Below are positions 30,994 through 39,964 of a stretch of 64,000 bases of DNA, piece by piece (positions within the stretch are counted from its first letter, which is position 1; each line of letters begins with the position of its first letter). Both the position numbers and the translations under genes were made by a program. The stretch is taken from the NCBI GenBank assembly GCA_035627655.1, contig DASPLI010000001.1:259355-323354 (forward strand). The letters run 5' to 3'. The DNA is from Minisyncoccota bacterium (GTDB lineage: Bacteria > Patescibacteriota > Minisyncoccia > Phycocordibacterales > Phycocordibacteraceae). A model generated the notes under the pieces. The model was given only the letters and a program-made list of their open reading frames with translations. It made no database searches and was not told the origin of the DNA.

Positions 30994-31992
30994 TTGAATC
31001 CTTCGAGCCTCCTTCAAGGAGAGAGTTCTTTGCAACAACAGATCTCGCTCATCGAACGCTATCGCGGCGCGATGATTGGCGTACATGTCGGAGATGCGCT
31101 TGGGGCACCATACGAAACGTGGCCCGAAGAACGTATTCTCGCGGACATGCAGGCGCGCGACGGGCTCGTGCTCTTCGACTACGAAGACCCGTGGGGTAAG
31201 GACGGCCTCTTTCCGGCCGGATGCCCGACGGACGACTCGGAGTTGACCGCCGTACTCGCCGAACATCTTATTGAGAACCCAGAAGATCTTGAAGATCTCT
31301 ACGCACGCTTTCGCAGCTGCGTGGTGGATCGCAAGAGCCGCTTGTGCGCGCTTCCAGCATATGGATTTGGCGGCACAACGCGACGGGCGCTCAAGGAGCC
31401 GACGTATCGGGAAGCAGTTCAGCAGCCTAATACGCGGCCGCCGATTCCAAGCAACGGAGCGTTGATGCGGGCAGTGCCGATACCGCTTCGGTTCTTCGGT
31501 AGTCCGCGACAGGTCTCCGACTGCGCGTACGTTACATCGCTTATGACGCACCGGCATCCGCAAGCCATCGACGCATCCGTCGTCTATGCGCATCTGCTCT
31601 ATGGCGTTCTCGAACACGGGAACTACGAGCAGGCGGTCGCACGACTCGTCGGCATGTTGCCCGGTCTCACTGTCGACCAGGCGATTATCGACATCTTCCA
31701 TTCGCCGGCTCAAAAACCGGTGTTTGAAGGAAAGTTCGGCGGCGGCGCGCTCCATACACTTTGTGTGGTGCATTGGGCCGTCTCGACATCCACTTCCTTT
31801 GAAGAGGGGATGACGAAAGCAATCACGATCGGTAGTGATACCGATACGTACGGCGCGGTCGCTGGCGGTCTCCTCGGCGCCACCTACGGTGTACGAGGGA
31901 TCCCAGCCAAGTGGAAACATGGATTGCTTGGCGGCGTTCGTATGTGGCAGCTTGCTGAGAAGCTGCATGCGCTCGCCAATCCAGCGTCGTAA
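30994..31992 (+). CDS. ADP-ribosylglycohydrolase (DraG/ARH family)
   Basis: GDALG, TDDSE, SNGALMR, TH, DTDTYGAVAGGLLGA; TTG start after GGAGG. Confidence 0.93.
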   Translation: MNPSSLLQGESSLQQQISLIERYRGAMIGVHVGDALGAPYETWPEERILADMQARDGLVLFDYEDPWGKDGLFPAGCPTDDSELTAVLAEHLIENPEDLEDLYARFRSCVVDRKSRLCALPAYGFGGTTRRALKEPTYREAVQQPNTRPPIPSNGALMRAVPIPLRFFGSPRQVSDCAYVTSLMTHRHPQAIDASVVYAHLLYGVLEHGNYEQAVARLVGMLPGLTVDQAIIDIFHSPAQKPVFEGKFGGGALHTLCVVHWAVSTSTSFEEGMTKAITIGSDTDTYGAVAGGLLGATYGVRGIPAKWKHGLLGGVRMWQLAEKLHALANPAS

Positions 31993-32142
31993 TGCGTGGT
32001 GTGCGGGCCTTCGGGCCTGCACACTCCGCTTGTTCTAGCGAGATCTCCTTTATGGAGCGTTTGAGTTTCTCGAACGCTCCTCAAGGAAATTGTGATCTTT
32101 GAGAACTATCGAACTCACCACTTCTAACAGAAGGAGGACTAC

Positions 32143-34014
32143 ATGCTTGGTTCACCGGTCCGGATCGTCGTCGCGCAAGTGGGGGCGGTTCCGGGTGATG
32201 TTGCGACCAACTTCGCAAACATATTCGACACGATTGCGACTGCGCGACGCGCGGCCGCCGATATCGTGGTGTTGCCGGAGCTTGCAACCACGGCATATGT
32301 GCTCGGCGATCGCTGGGAATACGACGCGTTCATTCGCGAAACCCAAGAAATCAACGAGCGGATCCGCGAAGCCTCCCGAGGACTCACTGTCATCTGGGGC
32401 TCGATCAAAGCGGATTTCGGCAAGATGGGCGAAGACGGTCGCGTGCGAAAATACAACGCCGCCTTCATCGCATCTCACGGCCGCTGGATCTCAAACGGCA
32501 CGCTGGACGGGTTCGTTCCCAAGACGAATCTGCCTAAGTACCGCATCTTCGACGATGCGCGCCACTTCTACCCGGCGGGGAAACTCGCCGCGGAAATGCA
32601 GACGCGTCTTGAAACGCTGCTCGCACCCTTCCCGCTGGTCATCAAAGGCAAGCGCTACAACATTGCGCTCTCTGTCTGCGAAGACCTCTGGCAGGACGAG
32701 TACAACGAGAAACCGGCGCAGATCTACAGTGCGCACGACTCCGATCTCATCATCGACATCTCGTGCTCGCCGTGGACGTACGGCAAGTGGCATGCGCGCG
32801 AAAATATGCTGAAGCGCCGCGTGAAGGACACGGGCATCCCGATCCTCTACGTGAACGCGATCGGCCTCGAAAACAACACCAAGAACTTGATTTGGTTCGA
32901 TGGCGACTCAGCGCTCATCGACGCCGAAGGACGGTTCCGGTGGCGCGGCCAACAGCACAAAGAGCAGATCCACATCCTCGATCTCGATGATCTCGACGGC
33001 CCACTCCCTGAGCGGACCTATACGGGTATCAAAGAGATTCACGACGCGACAGTCGCGGCAATGAAAGCCTTCTACGCTCCGTTCGCACGGGTCGTCGTCG
33101 GGCTTTCAGGCGGCATCGATTCGGCGCTCGCGCTCGCGCTTCTCACCGAAGCGCTCGGCGCCAAGCGACTGCTTGCGGTCAACATGCCGACCGAGTTCAA
33201 CTCGGAAACTACCCGAGGACTCGCAGCGCTCTGCGCTCGGAACCTCGGTGTCGAGTACGTCATCTCTCCGATCCAAGAAGCGTACGAGGAAGAACTTCGT
33301 GCGCTTCAAAAGCTCGGCATGACGCCGTCCGCACTCGATCGGGAAAACATCCAGGCAGTCTTGCGCGGCACGCGTCTCAACGCGATCGCCAAAGCGCAAG
33401 GCAGTATGCATGGCGGCGCCGGCGCATTCACCTGCAACGGCAACAAGACCGAGATGGCCCTCAACTACTTCACCCTCTATGGGGACGGAGCGGGCGCTGC
33501 GGCCTTTCTAGCCGATCTCTGGAAGGGTCAGATCTACGAGCTTGCACGCTACATCAACGAGCGTGCGGGCCGCGAGCTGATCCCGCAAGGGATTCTCGAC
33601 ATCGTGCCGTCGGCGGAACTCTCGAAGGATCAAGCGGTCGATGAGGGGAAGGGAGATCCTATCTTCTTCCCGTATCACGACCAGCTCCTGCGGGCGTTCA
33701 CCGAACTGCGCTGGGATCCGACCACGGTGCTCGAGCACTTGTGCGAAAGCAACGAGGCGCTCGAGCAGAAGCTCGGCTGTGCTCCCGGCACCGTCGCTCG
33801 GTACTTCAACTCGCGCCGCACGCTCGTCGATAACCTCGAATGGGCGTGGCGCCAGTACAACACCGAGTTCAAGCGCGGACAGACGCCGCCGGTCTTCCTC
33901 ACGTCGCGCCGAGCCTTCGGGTTCGACCGACGCGATACGATCGCCGCGGGATACCTGACGAAGCGCTACCAAGAACTCAAGCAAGCGTACTTGGCCGGCG
34001 AACTCGTCGCGTGA
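32143..34014 (+). CDS. nadE: Glutamine-dependent NAD+ synthetase
   Basis: Nitrilase domain (PEL, K, CEDLW) plus SGGIDS, ENIQA, NKTE, TLYGD, PSAEL. Confidence 0.95.
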   Translation: MLGSPVRIVVAQVGAVPGDVATNFANIFDTIATARRAAADIVVLPELATTAYVLGDRWEYDAFIRETQEINERIREASRGLTVIWGSIKADFGKMGEDGRVRKYNAAFIASHGRWISNGTLDGFVPKTNLPKYRIFDDARHFYPAGKLAAEMQTRLETLLAPFPLVIKGKRYNIALSVCEDLWQDEYNEKPAQIYSAHDSDLIIDISCSPWTYGKWHARENMLKRRVKDTGIPILYVNAIGLENNTKNLIWFDGDSALIDAEGRFRWRGQQHKEQIHILDLDDLDGPLPERTYTGIKEIHDATVAAMKAFYAPFARVVVGLSGGIDSALALALLTEALGAKRLLAVNMPTEFNSETTRGLAALCARNLGVEYVISPIQEAYEEELRALQKLGMTPSALDRENIQAVLRGTRLNAIAKAQGSMHGGAGAFTCNGNKTEMALNYFTLYGDGAGAAAFLADLWKGQIYELARYINERAGRELIPQGILDIVPSAELSKDQAVDEGKGDPIFFPYHDQLLRAFTELRWDPTTVLEHLCESNEALEQKLGCAPGTVARYFNSRRTLVDNLEWAWRQYNTEFKRGQTPPVFLTSRRAFGFDRRDTIAAGYLTKRYQELKQAYLAGELVA

Positions 34015-34159
34015 CGTTCGATGTGCAGGAGGGTTTCGGCCCTCCTGCATACCGTCCTTTCCTCGGGAAAGGACTTCGTATGGGGCGCCTAAGCAGATGC
34101 TTGGACGCCGCAACGGAGTTACAGATCTTTTTCACCTATAGACAACAGAAAGGAAACCA

Positions 34160-35527
34160 ATGACTGACTTCGTGGGGCGCGTACTGCGTCCTGAAAAAGA
34201 CGATTGGGTAATCCGGTCGCTTCTCGACGTGGACTTTTACAAGTTCACGATGGGGCTCTTTATCTTCCTGCTGCATCGCGGCGTGGAGGTGGAGTTCTGC
34301 CTGATCAACCGAAACCTAAAGCTTCCCCTCGCCGATATCGTCGACGAGGAGGAGCTTCGGCGACAGCTCGATCACGTGCGTACGCTGTGCCTCTCGCGCA
34401 CGGACGTCGTGTACTTGCGTGGCCAGGATGTGTACGGGCACAACATGTTCCCGGAAAACTATCTGGCGTTCTTGCGGCAGCTCGCGCTGCCCGAGTACAC
34501 GCTTCGGCGCGTCGGCAATCAGTATGAGCTGAAGTTCAAGGGTTCGTGGGAAACGGTGACGTTTTGGGAAACCATCGCGCTCGCCATCATTTCGGAACTC
34601 TTCTACCGCGCGCTCATGCAGTCGATGCCTGAGCACGAATTGCGCGTGCTATTTGGCCGCGCGATTGATCGCCTCTATCGGAAGCTCGAGAAGCTCAAGA
34701 CGCGTCCCTGGATTCGGTTCGCCGATTTCGGGCAGCGTCGCCGCTTCAGCTTCCTCTGGCAGCGGTTCGTTGATCAGACGTGTCGCGAGGTCGTGCCGCA
34801 GCAATTTGTGGGGACCAGTAACACCTGGATGGCCTTCAATCAGGACTTGGTGCCCATCGGTACCAATGCGCACGAGCTTCCCATGGTCCTCACCGCGCTT
34901 GCGGAGGGGGACGAAGCGAAGCGGTACGCGCAGTATCAGGTGCTCAGGGAGTGGGGAGGCATGTTCCCGCAAAACGCCCTGCGCATCATGCTGCCGGATA
35001 CCTACGGCTCCGAGCAGTTCTTCCAGAACATGCCGGCCGATCTTGCCGAAGAAGTTGCCGAAACCTGGCGCGGCCAGCGTCAGGATTCGGGCGATCCGAT
35101 CACGGAATGCCGCCGCTACACATCGTGGCTGCGCGGTTATATCCAGCCGGCACGCATTCGTTCAGAGCGCCTCAACATCTTTTCCGACGGCCTCGACATC
35201 GATCCCATCTTTGAGTTCGATGACCAGGTCAGAGACGAGATCCTCATCTCAAACGGGTGGGGTACGACGCTCACGAACGACTTCATCGATTGCCATCCGC
35301 GACCAGACGACCGTGCGGTCGTGCGCGGCAAAACGCTCGAGCTGACGAACCGTCAGTTGTGGCGTGGGCACTCGATCGTCTGCAAAGTCGAGTACGCCAA
35401 CGGGCGTCCGGCGGTAAAACTTTCAAACAACATTAACAAGGCGACCGGTCCTTCCAAGGAAGCGATCGCCGAGTACGTGCGCATCTTTGGCAACGAAGGT
35501 CGCGCAGCGCAGGATGTTGTCGTCTAA
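34160..35527 (+). CDS. pncB: Nicotinate phosphoribosyltransferase
   Basis: LLDVDFYKFTM, DFGQRRR, GTNAHE, RQDSGDP, FSDGL, GWGT, VKLS. Confidence 0.95.
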   Translation: MTDFVGRVLRPEKDDWVIRSLLDVDFYKFTMGLFIFLLHRGVEVEFCLINRNLKLPLADIVDEEELRRQLDHVRTLCLSRTDVVYLRGQDVYGHNMFPENYLAFLRQLALPEYTLRRVGNQYELKFKGSWETVTFWETIALAIISELFYRALMQSMPEHELRVLFGRAIDRLYRKLEKLKTRPWIRFADFGQRRRFSFLWQRFVDQTCREVVPQQFVGTSNTWMAFNQDLVPIGTNAHELPMVLTALAEGDEAKRYAQYQVLREWGGMFPQNALRIMLPDTYGSEQFFQNMPADLAEEVAETWRGQRQDSGDPITECRRYTSWLRGYIQPARIRSERLNIFSDGLDIDPIFEFDDQVRDEILISNGWGTTLTNDFIDCHPRPDDRAVVRGKTLELTNRQLWRGHSIVCKVEYANGRPAVKLSNNINKATGPSKEAIAEYVRIFGNEGRAAQDVVV

Positions 35528-35535
35528 AAATACTT

Positions 35536-35571
35536 GAACCCCCTACGCGAACATGTTCGCGTAGGGGGTTC
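35536..35571. terminator. Perfect 36-bp palindrome, bidirectional terminator between convergent pncB and nadM
   Basis: GAACCCCCTACGCGAACA|TGTTCGCGTAGGGGGTTC followed by a T-tract. Confidence 0.8.
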
Positions 35572-35574
35572 TTT

Positions 35575-36462
35575 TTATGGTCGTGTGCGAGTCAGGAGTC
35601 GATGACCAAGCGTGTGGTGCCAGGGCACCAAGCGCTCGATCAGCGCATCGCGCTTCACCCAGTGGACGCTATCCGCGTCGTCTGCCGCAGTGGGCGTACC
35701 GGAGAGGTACGTGCCACGGAAGAAGGTGGTCGTGATGCCGTCCGTGCTGTTGCGATAGCGAGGATCGTTGATCGGGTCTGACCCCAACCACGTGAGTTCG
35801 CTGATCTCAACGCCCGGCACTTCTTCGCCAAACTCGCGCGGAGCGGCGTCTTCGTCGCGTTCGCCGACATTGACGTGTCCGCCCGGGAAGGACAACAGAC
35901 CTTCGTGCCGATTCTTGCCGATGAGAAGTACCTCATCGGTCGACGGCCGTTCGATCGCGATGTCGACCGTGCGGAACGCAATCGGATACCGACTGTTTAC
36001 CTGCCAGATCGCCGCGTCGCGCGCGTCCCGGGTATTCATGAGTCGCGCCGACTTCCGCAGGGCGGTGCCGCTTTCGCGCGCATCTTCCGACGCAAGCTCA
36101 ACGGTCGGGAATGTGCCCGAGTAGAGCGGTAGGAAGCTGTCGCGCGATCCGTAGAGGGTGATCGGGTTGAATGGAAATTCTTTCCGGATCAGTGCATCCA
36201 GATCGCGCGACCAGAAGGTCGGGTTGATCGGATGATCGAAGATCTCAAGGATCTTCGCCCGCGGATACGCGGATTTCATCATGTCCCGCCGCGCTTCGAA
36301 GGGAAGCGGGTTTTCCCGCGTCGCCTGACCTCCGGTAGAGGCAAGGACGACGAGCAGGTAGGCATGATTGTCGCGAGCGGTGTTGAGCACATGCAAATGG
36401 CCGCGGTGAAGATAGGGCACTTGGAAGCGTCCTACCACCACCCCAACCGATGGCAGTCCCAT
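35575..36462 (-). CDS. nadM: Bifunctional NMN/NaMN adenylyltransferase - Nudix (ADP-ribose) hydrolase
   Basis: GRFQ..LHRGH, NPLPFEAR, SGTALR; Nudix box GGHVNVGERDEDAAPREFGEE; AGGAG SD. Confidence 0.88.
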   Translation of the reverse strand: MGLPSVGVVVGRFQVPYLHRGHLHVLNTARDNHAYLLVVLASTGGQATRENPLPFEARRDMMKSAYPRAKILEIFDHPINPTFWSRDLDALIRKEFPFNPITLYGSRDSFLPLYSGTFPTVELASEDARESGTALRKSARLMNTRDARDAAIWQVNSRYPIAFRTVDIAIERPSTDEVLLIGKNRHEGLLSFPGGHVNVGERDEDAAPREFGEEVPGVEISELTWLGSDPINDPRYRNSTDGITTTFFRGTYLSGTPTAADDADSVHWVKRDALIERLVPWHHTLGHRLLTRTRP

Positions 36463-36562
36463 GGCATTTCTCCTTTTCTTGCTAGAAAGAACGGATGAAA
36501 AAAGGCAGGCTGGAATGCCTGCGCTTTCTGTATTCAATCGTAAAAAAGGGGGAGTGTCAATG

Positions 36563-37249
36563 TTACAGCACCTCGATTTCCTTCACGTCCTTGGATGCAA
36601 ACGTATAGAGCTGGGCAGGGCGGGAACGGCCCCCGCGACGCTTTTTCGGGAGTTCCTTCAGGATCCCGAGCTTGAGGATTTTCTTGCGGAAGTTTCGCTT
36701 GTCGAGATCGCGCTCCAAAATGCATTCATAGGTGCGCTCAAGCTCGGTGAGCGTGAATTCCTCAGGCATCAGCTGTGCGATGAGGGTGGTGTACGTGATG
36801 CGCGAGCGCAGGCGCGCCCGGGCCGCTGCAAGCACTTCGTTGTGATCGTAGGCGAGGGTTGTCTTTTCGTGTGCCGGGCTCCACCAGGAATCGTCTGTGT
36901 CTTTGCGCTCCTCCTCCGTCAGGGCATCCCAGGGGACGCAGGCGATATAAGCGACCGCAACCGCCCGGCTGCGGGGGTCTCGATTCACTGCGCTGAAGGT
37001 CGCCAGCTGCTCCATATAGATGTGGGAGGAGGAAATGCCGGTACGACCCTTCAGGTGGCGAATAGCGGCCTCTTCAGCCGTTTCTGTGGCATCCAGGAGA
37101 CCTCCGGGAAGGCCGGGGACCCCCGGGAAGTGGGGTGGGCGGTTCACCCGGATGAGGCGGACCAAGAGGGTCGCCTCCCGAATCGTAAAGAGCGCGATGT
37201 CCGCAGCAAGGACCGCAAACCGCAACGGCTCCGGATTTTGAGGGGTCAT
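36563..37249 (-). CDS. nrtR: NrtR family transcriptional repressor (degenerate Nudix + winged HTH)
   Basis: LPGG box lacking catalytic Glu residues, EQLATF, RDPR, LAYDH, FTLTEL, DKRNFRKK, RPAQLY. Confidence 0.93.
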   Translation of the reverse strand: MTPQNPEPLRFAVLAADIALFTIREATLLVRLIRVNRPPHFPGVPGLPGGLLDATETAEEAAIRHLKGRTGISSSHIYMEQLATFSAVNRDPRSRAVAVAYIACVPWDALTEEERKDTDDSWWSPAHEKTTLAYDHNEVLAAARARLRSRITYTTLIAQLMPEEFTLTELERTYECILERDLDKRNFRKKILKLGILKELPKKRRGGRSRPAQLYTFASKDVKEIEVL

Positions 37250-37259
37250 ATGGACACTA
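37241..37259 (-). promoter_or_regulatory. Degenerate NrtR box overlapping the nrtR start codon (possible autoregulation)
   Basis: Minus strand TAGTGT-CCATATG-ACCCCT; one perfect half-site. Confidence 0.5.
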
Positions 37260-37292
37260 TAGCAAGGCGCCAGGCCGAATGATACGAAAAGT

Positions 37293-37321
37293 TTGACATA
37301 CCTTCGCGTTTCCTATAGATT
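37293..37321 (+). promoter_or_regulatory. Promoter of the rpsS module
   Basis: TTGACA-N17-TAGATT. Confidence 0.7.
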
Positions 37322-37355
37322 TTGCGTATCCGCCTCAGGCGGCTTTTGACTACTC

Positions 37356-37694
37356 ATGTCCCGCTCACTCAAGAAAGGACCCTACGTCGACGTCAAGTTG
37401 ATGAAGAAGGTTAAAGACAAGAAACCCGCATCCGCTGGGGTTATTCGAACATGGGCGCGCCAGTCGCAGATTGCGCCTGAGTTCGTCGGCTTTACCTTTG
37501 GCGTCCATAACGGCAAGACGCACGTGGATGTCCTCGTCACCGAGGATATGGTCGGCCACAAGCTTGGCGAATTCTCGCCAACCAAGAAGTTCCTCCGTCA
37601 CGGCGGAAAGATGCAGAAGGAGCTTGAGCAAAAGAAGAAGGAGGCTGAGATTGCCGCTGCAAAGGCGTCAAAGTCAGAGCCGGCTAAGAAATAA
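37356..37694 (+). CDS. rpsS: 30S ribosomal protein uS19
   Basis: [27 protein letters not shown]. Confidence 0.99.
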   Translation: MSRSLKKGPYVDVKLMKKVKDKKPASAGVIRTWARQSQIAPEFVGFTFGVHNGKTHVDVLVTEDMVGHKLGEFSPTKKFLRHGGKMQKELEQKKKEAEIAAAKASKSEPAKK

Positions 37695-37696
37695 GT

Positions 37697-38014
37697 ATGA
37701 AAGCGTCGCTCAAGAGTCATAATCAGGCACCGCGCAAGGTTCGCCTTGTCACGGACCTCGTAAAAGGGAAGACCGTTCCCGAGGCACTTGCTGCGCTCTC
37801 GTTCCTTCCGAAGCGCGCTGCAGAGCCAATCAAGAAGCTCATTGCTTCTGCTGCGGCAAACGCAAAGGCAAAGGGCGAGAATCCTGACACGCTTCGCGTG
37901 AAGTCGATCACTGTCGACTCTGCAGGCATGATGGTGAAGTACATGCCGCGCGCTATGGGCCGGGCAACCCCGATTCGCCGCCGCAAGAGCCAAGTGCACG
38001 TTGAGCTTGCCTAA
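37697..38014 (+). CDS. rplV: 50S ribosomal protein uL22
   Basis: PRKVRLV, SAAANA, PRAMGRA. Confidence 0.97.
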   Translation: MKASLKSHNQAPRKVRLVTDLVKGKTVPEALAALSFLPKRAAEPIKKLIASAAANAKAKGENPDTLRVKSITVDSAGMMVKYMPRAMGRATPIRRRKSQVHVELA

Positions 38015-38022
38015 CTTTTTAT

Positions 38023-38709
38023 ATGACACACACCGTACATCCTTACGCACACCGCCTCGGCATCATCCGTGATTGGAAGAGCCGCTGGTTCGCGCTTGAT
38101 AAGAAGAGCTACCGCGAGAACCTCAAGGTCGACGCGTCTATTCGCGCATTCCTCAAGAAGAAGCTCCGCTCTGCCTACCTTGCAGACGTTGAGATCGAGC
38201 GCTCGCAGACCGAGCTTCGCGTCATCGTTTCTACCGCACGTCCTGGTCTGGTGATCGGCCGCTCGGGCGAGAACGCCGCAAAGCTTCGCAAGGAGCTCTC
38301 TGACCTCGTACGCTCTGTTGCGCCGAAGCATAACCGCCAGGTAAAGCTTGATATCGTCGAGATCCGCCAGCCGGAAACCAACGCCGCAGTCGTCGGCTAC
38401 ATGGTTGCTGAAGGTCTTGAGAAGCGCCTTCCGTTCCGCCGCGTCCTCAAGAGCACGGTTGAGAAAGTCATGGCCGTCCGCGAAGTGATCGGTGTCCGCA
38501 TCGTCATTTCCGGTCGTCTTGGCGGCGCAGACATGTCCCGCATCGAGCAGATCAAGCGCGGCCGCATTCCGCTGCAGACTTTCCGTGCAAACATCGATTA
38601 CGCACACACCGAGGCGCACCTGCCATACGGCCAGATCGGCATCAAAGTATGGATCTACCTTGGCGACACGTACGCTGAGCGCGAGAAGCCGGCAGCCCGC
38701 ACCCGATAA
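38023..38709 (+). CDS. rpsC: 30S ribosomal protein uS3
   Basis: RPGLVIGRSG, SGRLGGA, PLQTFRANIDY. Confidence 0.98.
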   Translation: MTHTVHPYAHRLGIIRDWKSRWFALDKKSYRENLKVDASIRAFLKKKLRSAYLADVEIERSQTELRVIVSTARPGLVIGRSGENAAKLRKELSDLVRSVAPKHNRQVKLDIVEIRQPETNAAVVGYMVAEGLEKRLPFRRVLKSTVEKVMAVREVIGVRIVISGRLGGADMSRIEQIKRGRIPLQTFRANIDYAHTEAHLPYGQIGIKVWIYLGDTYAEREKPAARTR

Positions 38710-38715
38710 ACGAGT

Positions 38716-39135
38716 ATGCTATTCCCGAAAAAAGTTAAGCACCGCAAGTGGCAGACTGGACGCAAGAGTCCGGAGCGCCTCGCGCGCCCTGATACCCGTG
38801 GCACCACTGTCGCGTTCGGTTCCCATGGCATGAAGGCAACCACGCCTGCACGCGTCACCTCAAACCAGATTGAGGCGGCTCGTAAGGTGCTTACGCGCGC
38901 AACCGGCAAGGGCGGCAAGCTCTGGATCCGCATCTTCCCAGACCGTCCGGTCACCAAGAAGCCGGCGGAAGTGGGCATGGGTTCGGGTAAGGGTAATCCG
39001 GAGTTCTTCGTCTTCGAGGTGCGCCCGGGTCGCGTGCTCTTCGAGCTTGATGGTGTTGAAGACGCTGTTGCGCGCGATGCAATGCGCCGCGCTGGCTCCA
39101 AGCTCCCGGTGAAGACCACCGTCATCACCCGCTAA
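38716..39135 (+). CDS. rplP: 50S ribosomal protein uL16
   Basis: QIEAARK, IRIFPD, MGSGKG. Confidence 0.98.
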   Translation: MLFPKKVKHRKWQTGRKSPERLARPDTRGTTVAFGSHGMKATTPARVTSNQIEAARKVLTRATGKGGKLWIRIFPDRPVTKKPAEVGMGSGKGNPEFFVFEVRPGRVLFELDGVEDAVARDAMRRAGSKLPVKTTVITR

Positions 39136-39144
39136 TTTTTGAGT

Positions 39145-39330
39145 ATGGCAAAGAAGACCTCATTGAATGAAAAGTCGAAGGCGGAGCTCACCAAGCTCTT
39201 GGCTGAGAAGCGCGAGGAGCTGCGCAAGCTTCGCTTTGAAGCTGCAGGCGCCCGGGTGAAAGACACCAACGCTCCTTCGAAAGTGCGCAAGGATATTGCA
39301 CGCATCATGACCGCGCTTGCGAACGTATAA
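39145..39330 (+). CDS. rpmC: 50S ribosomal protein uL29
   Basis: LRF, VRKDIARIMT; synteny. Confidence 0.93.
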   Translation: MAKKTSLNEKSKAELTKLLAEKREELRKLRFEAAGARVKDTNAPSKVRKDIARIMTALANV

Positions 39331-39334
39331 CACC

Positions 39335-39574
39335 ATGACTACCACTACTACCAAACCCCAGAGCTTCCGCGGCGTCGTCGTCAAGACGGCAATGAAAGAC
39401 ACGGCTACCGTTGCGGTTTCCCGCTACGTGAAGCATCCGAAGTACAAGAAGTACCAGACGCGCACGAAGAAGTACCTCGTCCACGATCCGGGCAACACCG
39501 CCCAGGTAGGGGACAAGGTCACGATCGTCGCATGCCGCCCGCTTTCTAAACTGAAGCGCTTTAAGCTTGCCTAA
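39335..39574 (+). CDS. rpsQ: 30S ribosomal protein uS17
   Basis: HPKYKK, HD, GDKV, CRPLSK. Confidence 0.96.
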   Translation: MTTTTTKPQSFRGVVVKTAMKDTATVAVSRYVKHPKYKKYQTRTKKYLVHDPGNTAQVGDKVTIVACRPLSKLKRFKLA

Positions 39575-39583
39575 TACACGCGT

Positions 39584-39961
39584 ATGATCCAGGACCGTTC
39601 CATCGTCACGATTGCAGATAACACCGGCGCCAAGGTCGGACGCGTGTTCAAGGTGCTTGGTGGCTCAAAGCGCCGCTACTCCGAGCTTGGCGATGTCGTC
39701 GTGATTTCCATTCAGACCGCCGAGCCGCGCAAGGCCGTGAAGAAGAAGGATGTCGTCCGCGCGGTCGTTGTTCGCCAGCGAAAGCCGTATCGCCGTGCAA
39801 ACGGCTCGTACATCCGCTTTGACGACAACGCCGTCGTTATTATTGAGAAGCAGGGTAAGGAGATGGGTCCGAAAGGAAACCGCGTCTTCGGTCCGGTTGC
39901 TCGCGAACTTACCGAAAAGGGGTGGCAGAACATTGCGTCTCTAGCACCAGAAATCGTCTAG
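39584..39961 (+). CDS. rplN: 50S ribosomal protein uL14
   Basis: ADNTGA, IRFDDNAVV, SLAPEIV. Confidence 0.98.
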   Translation: MIQDRSIVTIADNTGAKVGRVFKVLGGSKRRYSELGDVVVISIQTAEPRKAVKKKDVVRAVVVRQRKPYRRANGSYIRFDDNAVVIIEKQGKEMGPKGNRVFGPVARELTEKGWQNIASLAPEIV

Positions 39962-39964
39962 CGT

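Noticed and set aside
30355-32022. 555-aa minus-strand ORF and other long antisense ORFs (e.g. 42466-43713, 19244-20239, 23389-24399)
   Set aside because: They are shadow frames of well-supported genes in GC-rich sequence and carry no motifs.
26219-37249. Self-contained ADP-ribose-to-PRPP recycling (NARP1-like)
   Set aside because: No Prs-like or ADPR-PP synthetase gene is in the locus; PRPP must come from elsewhere.
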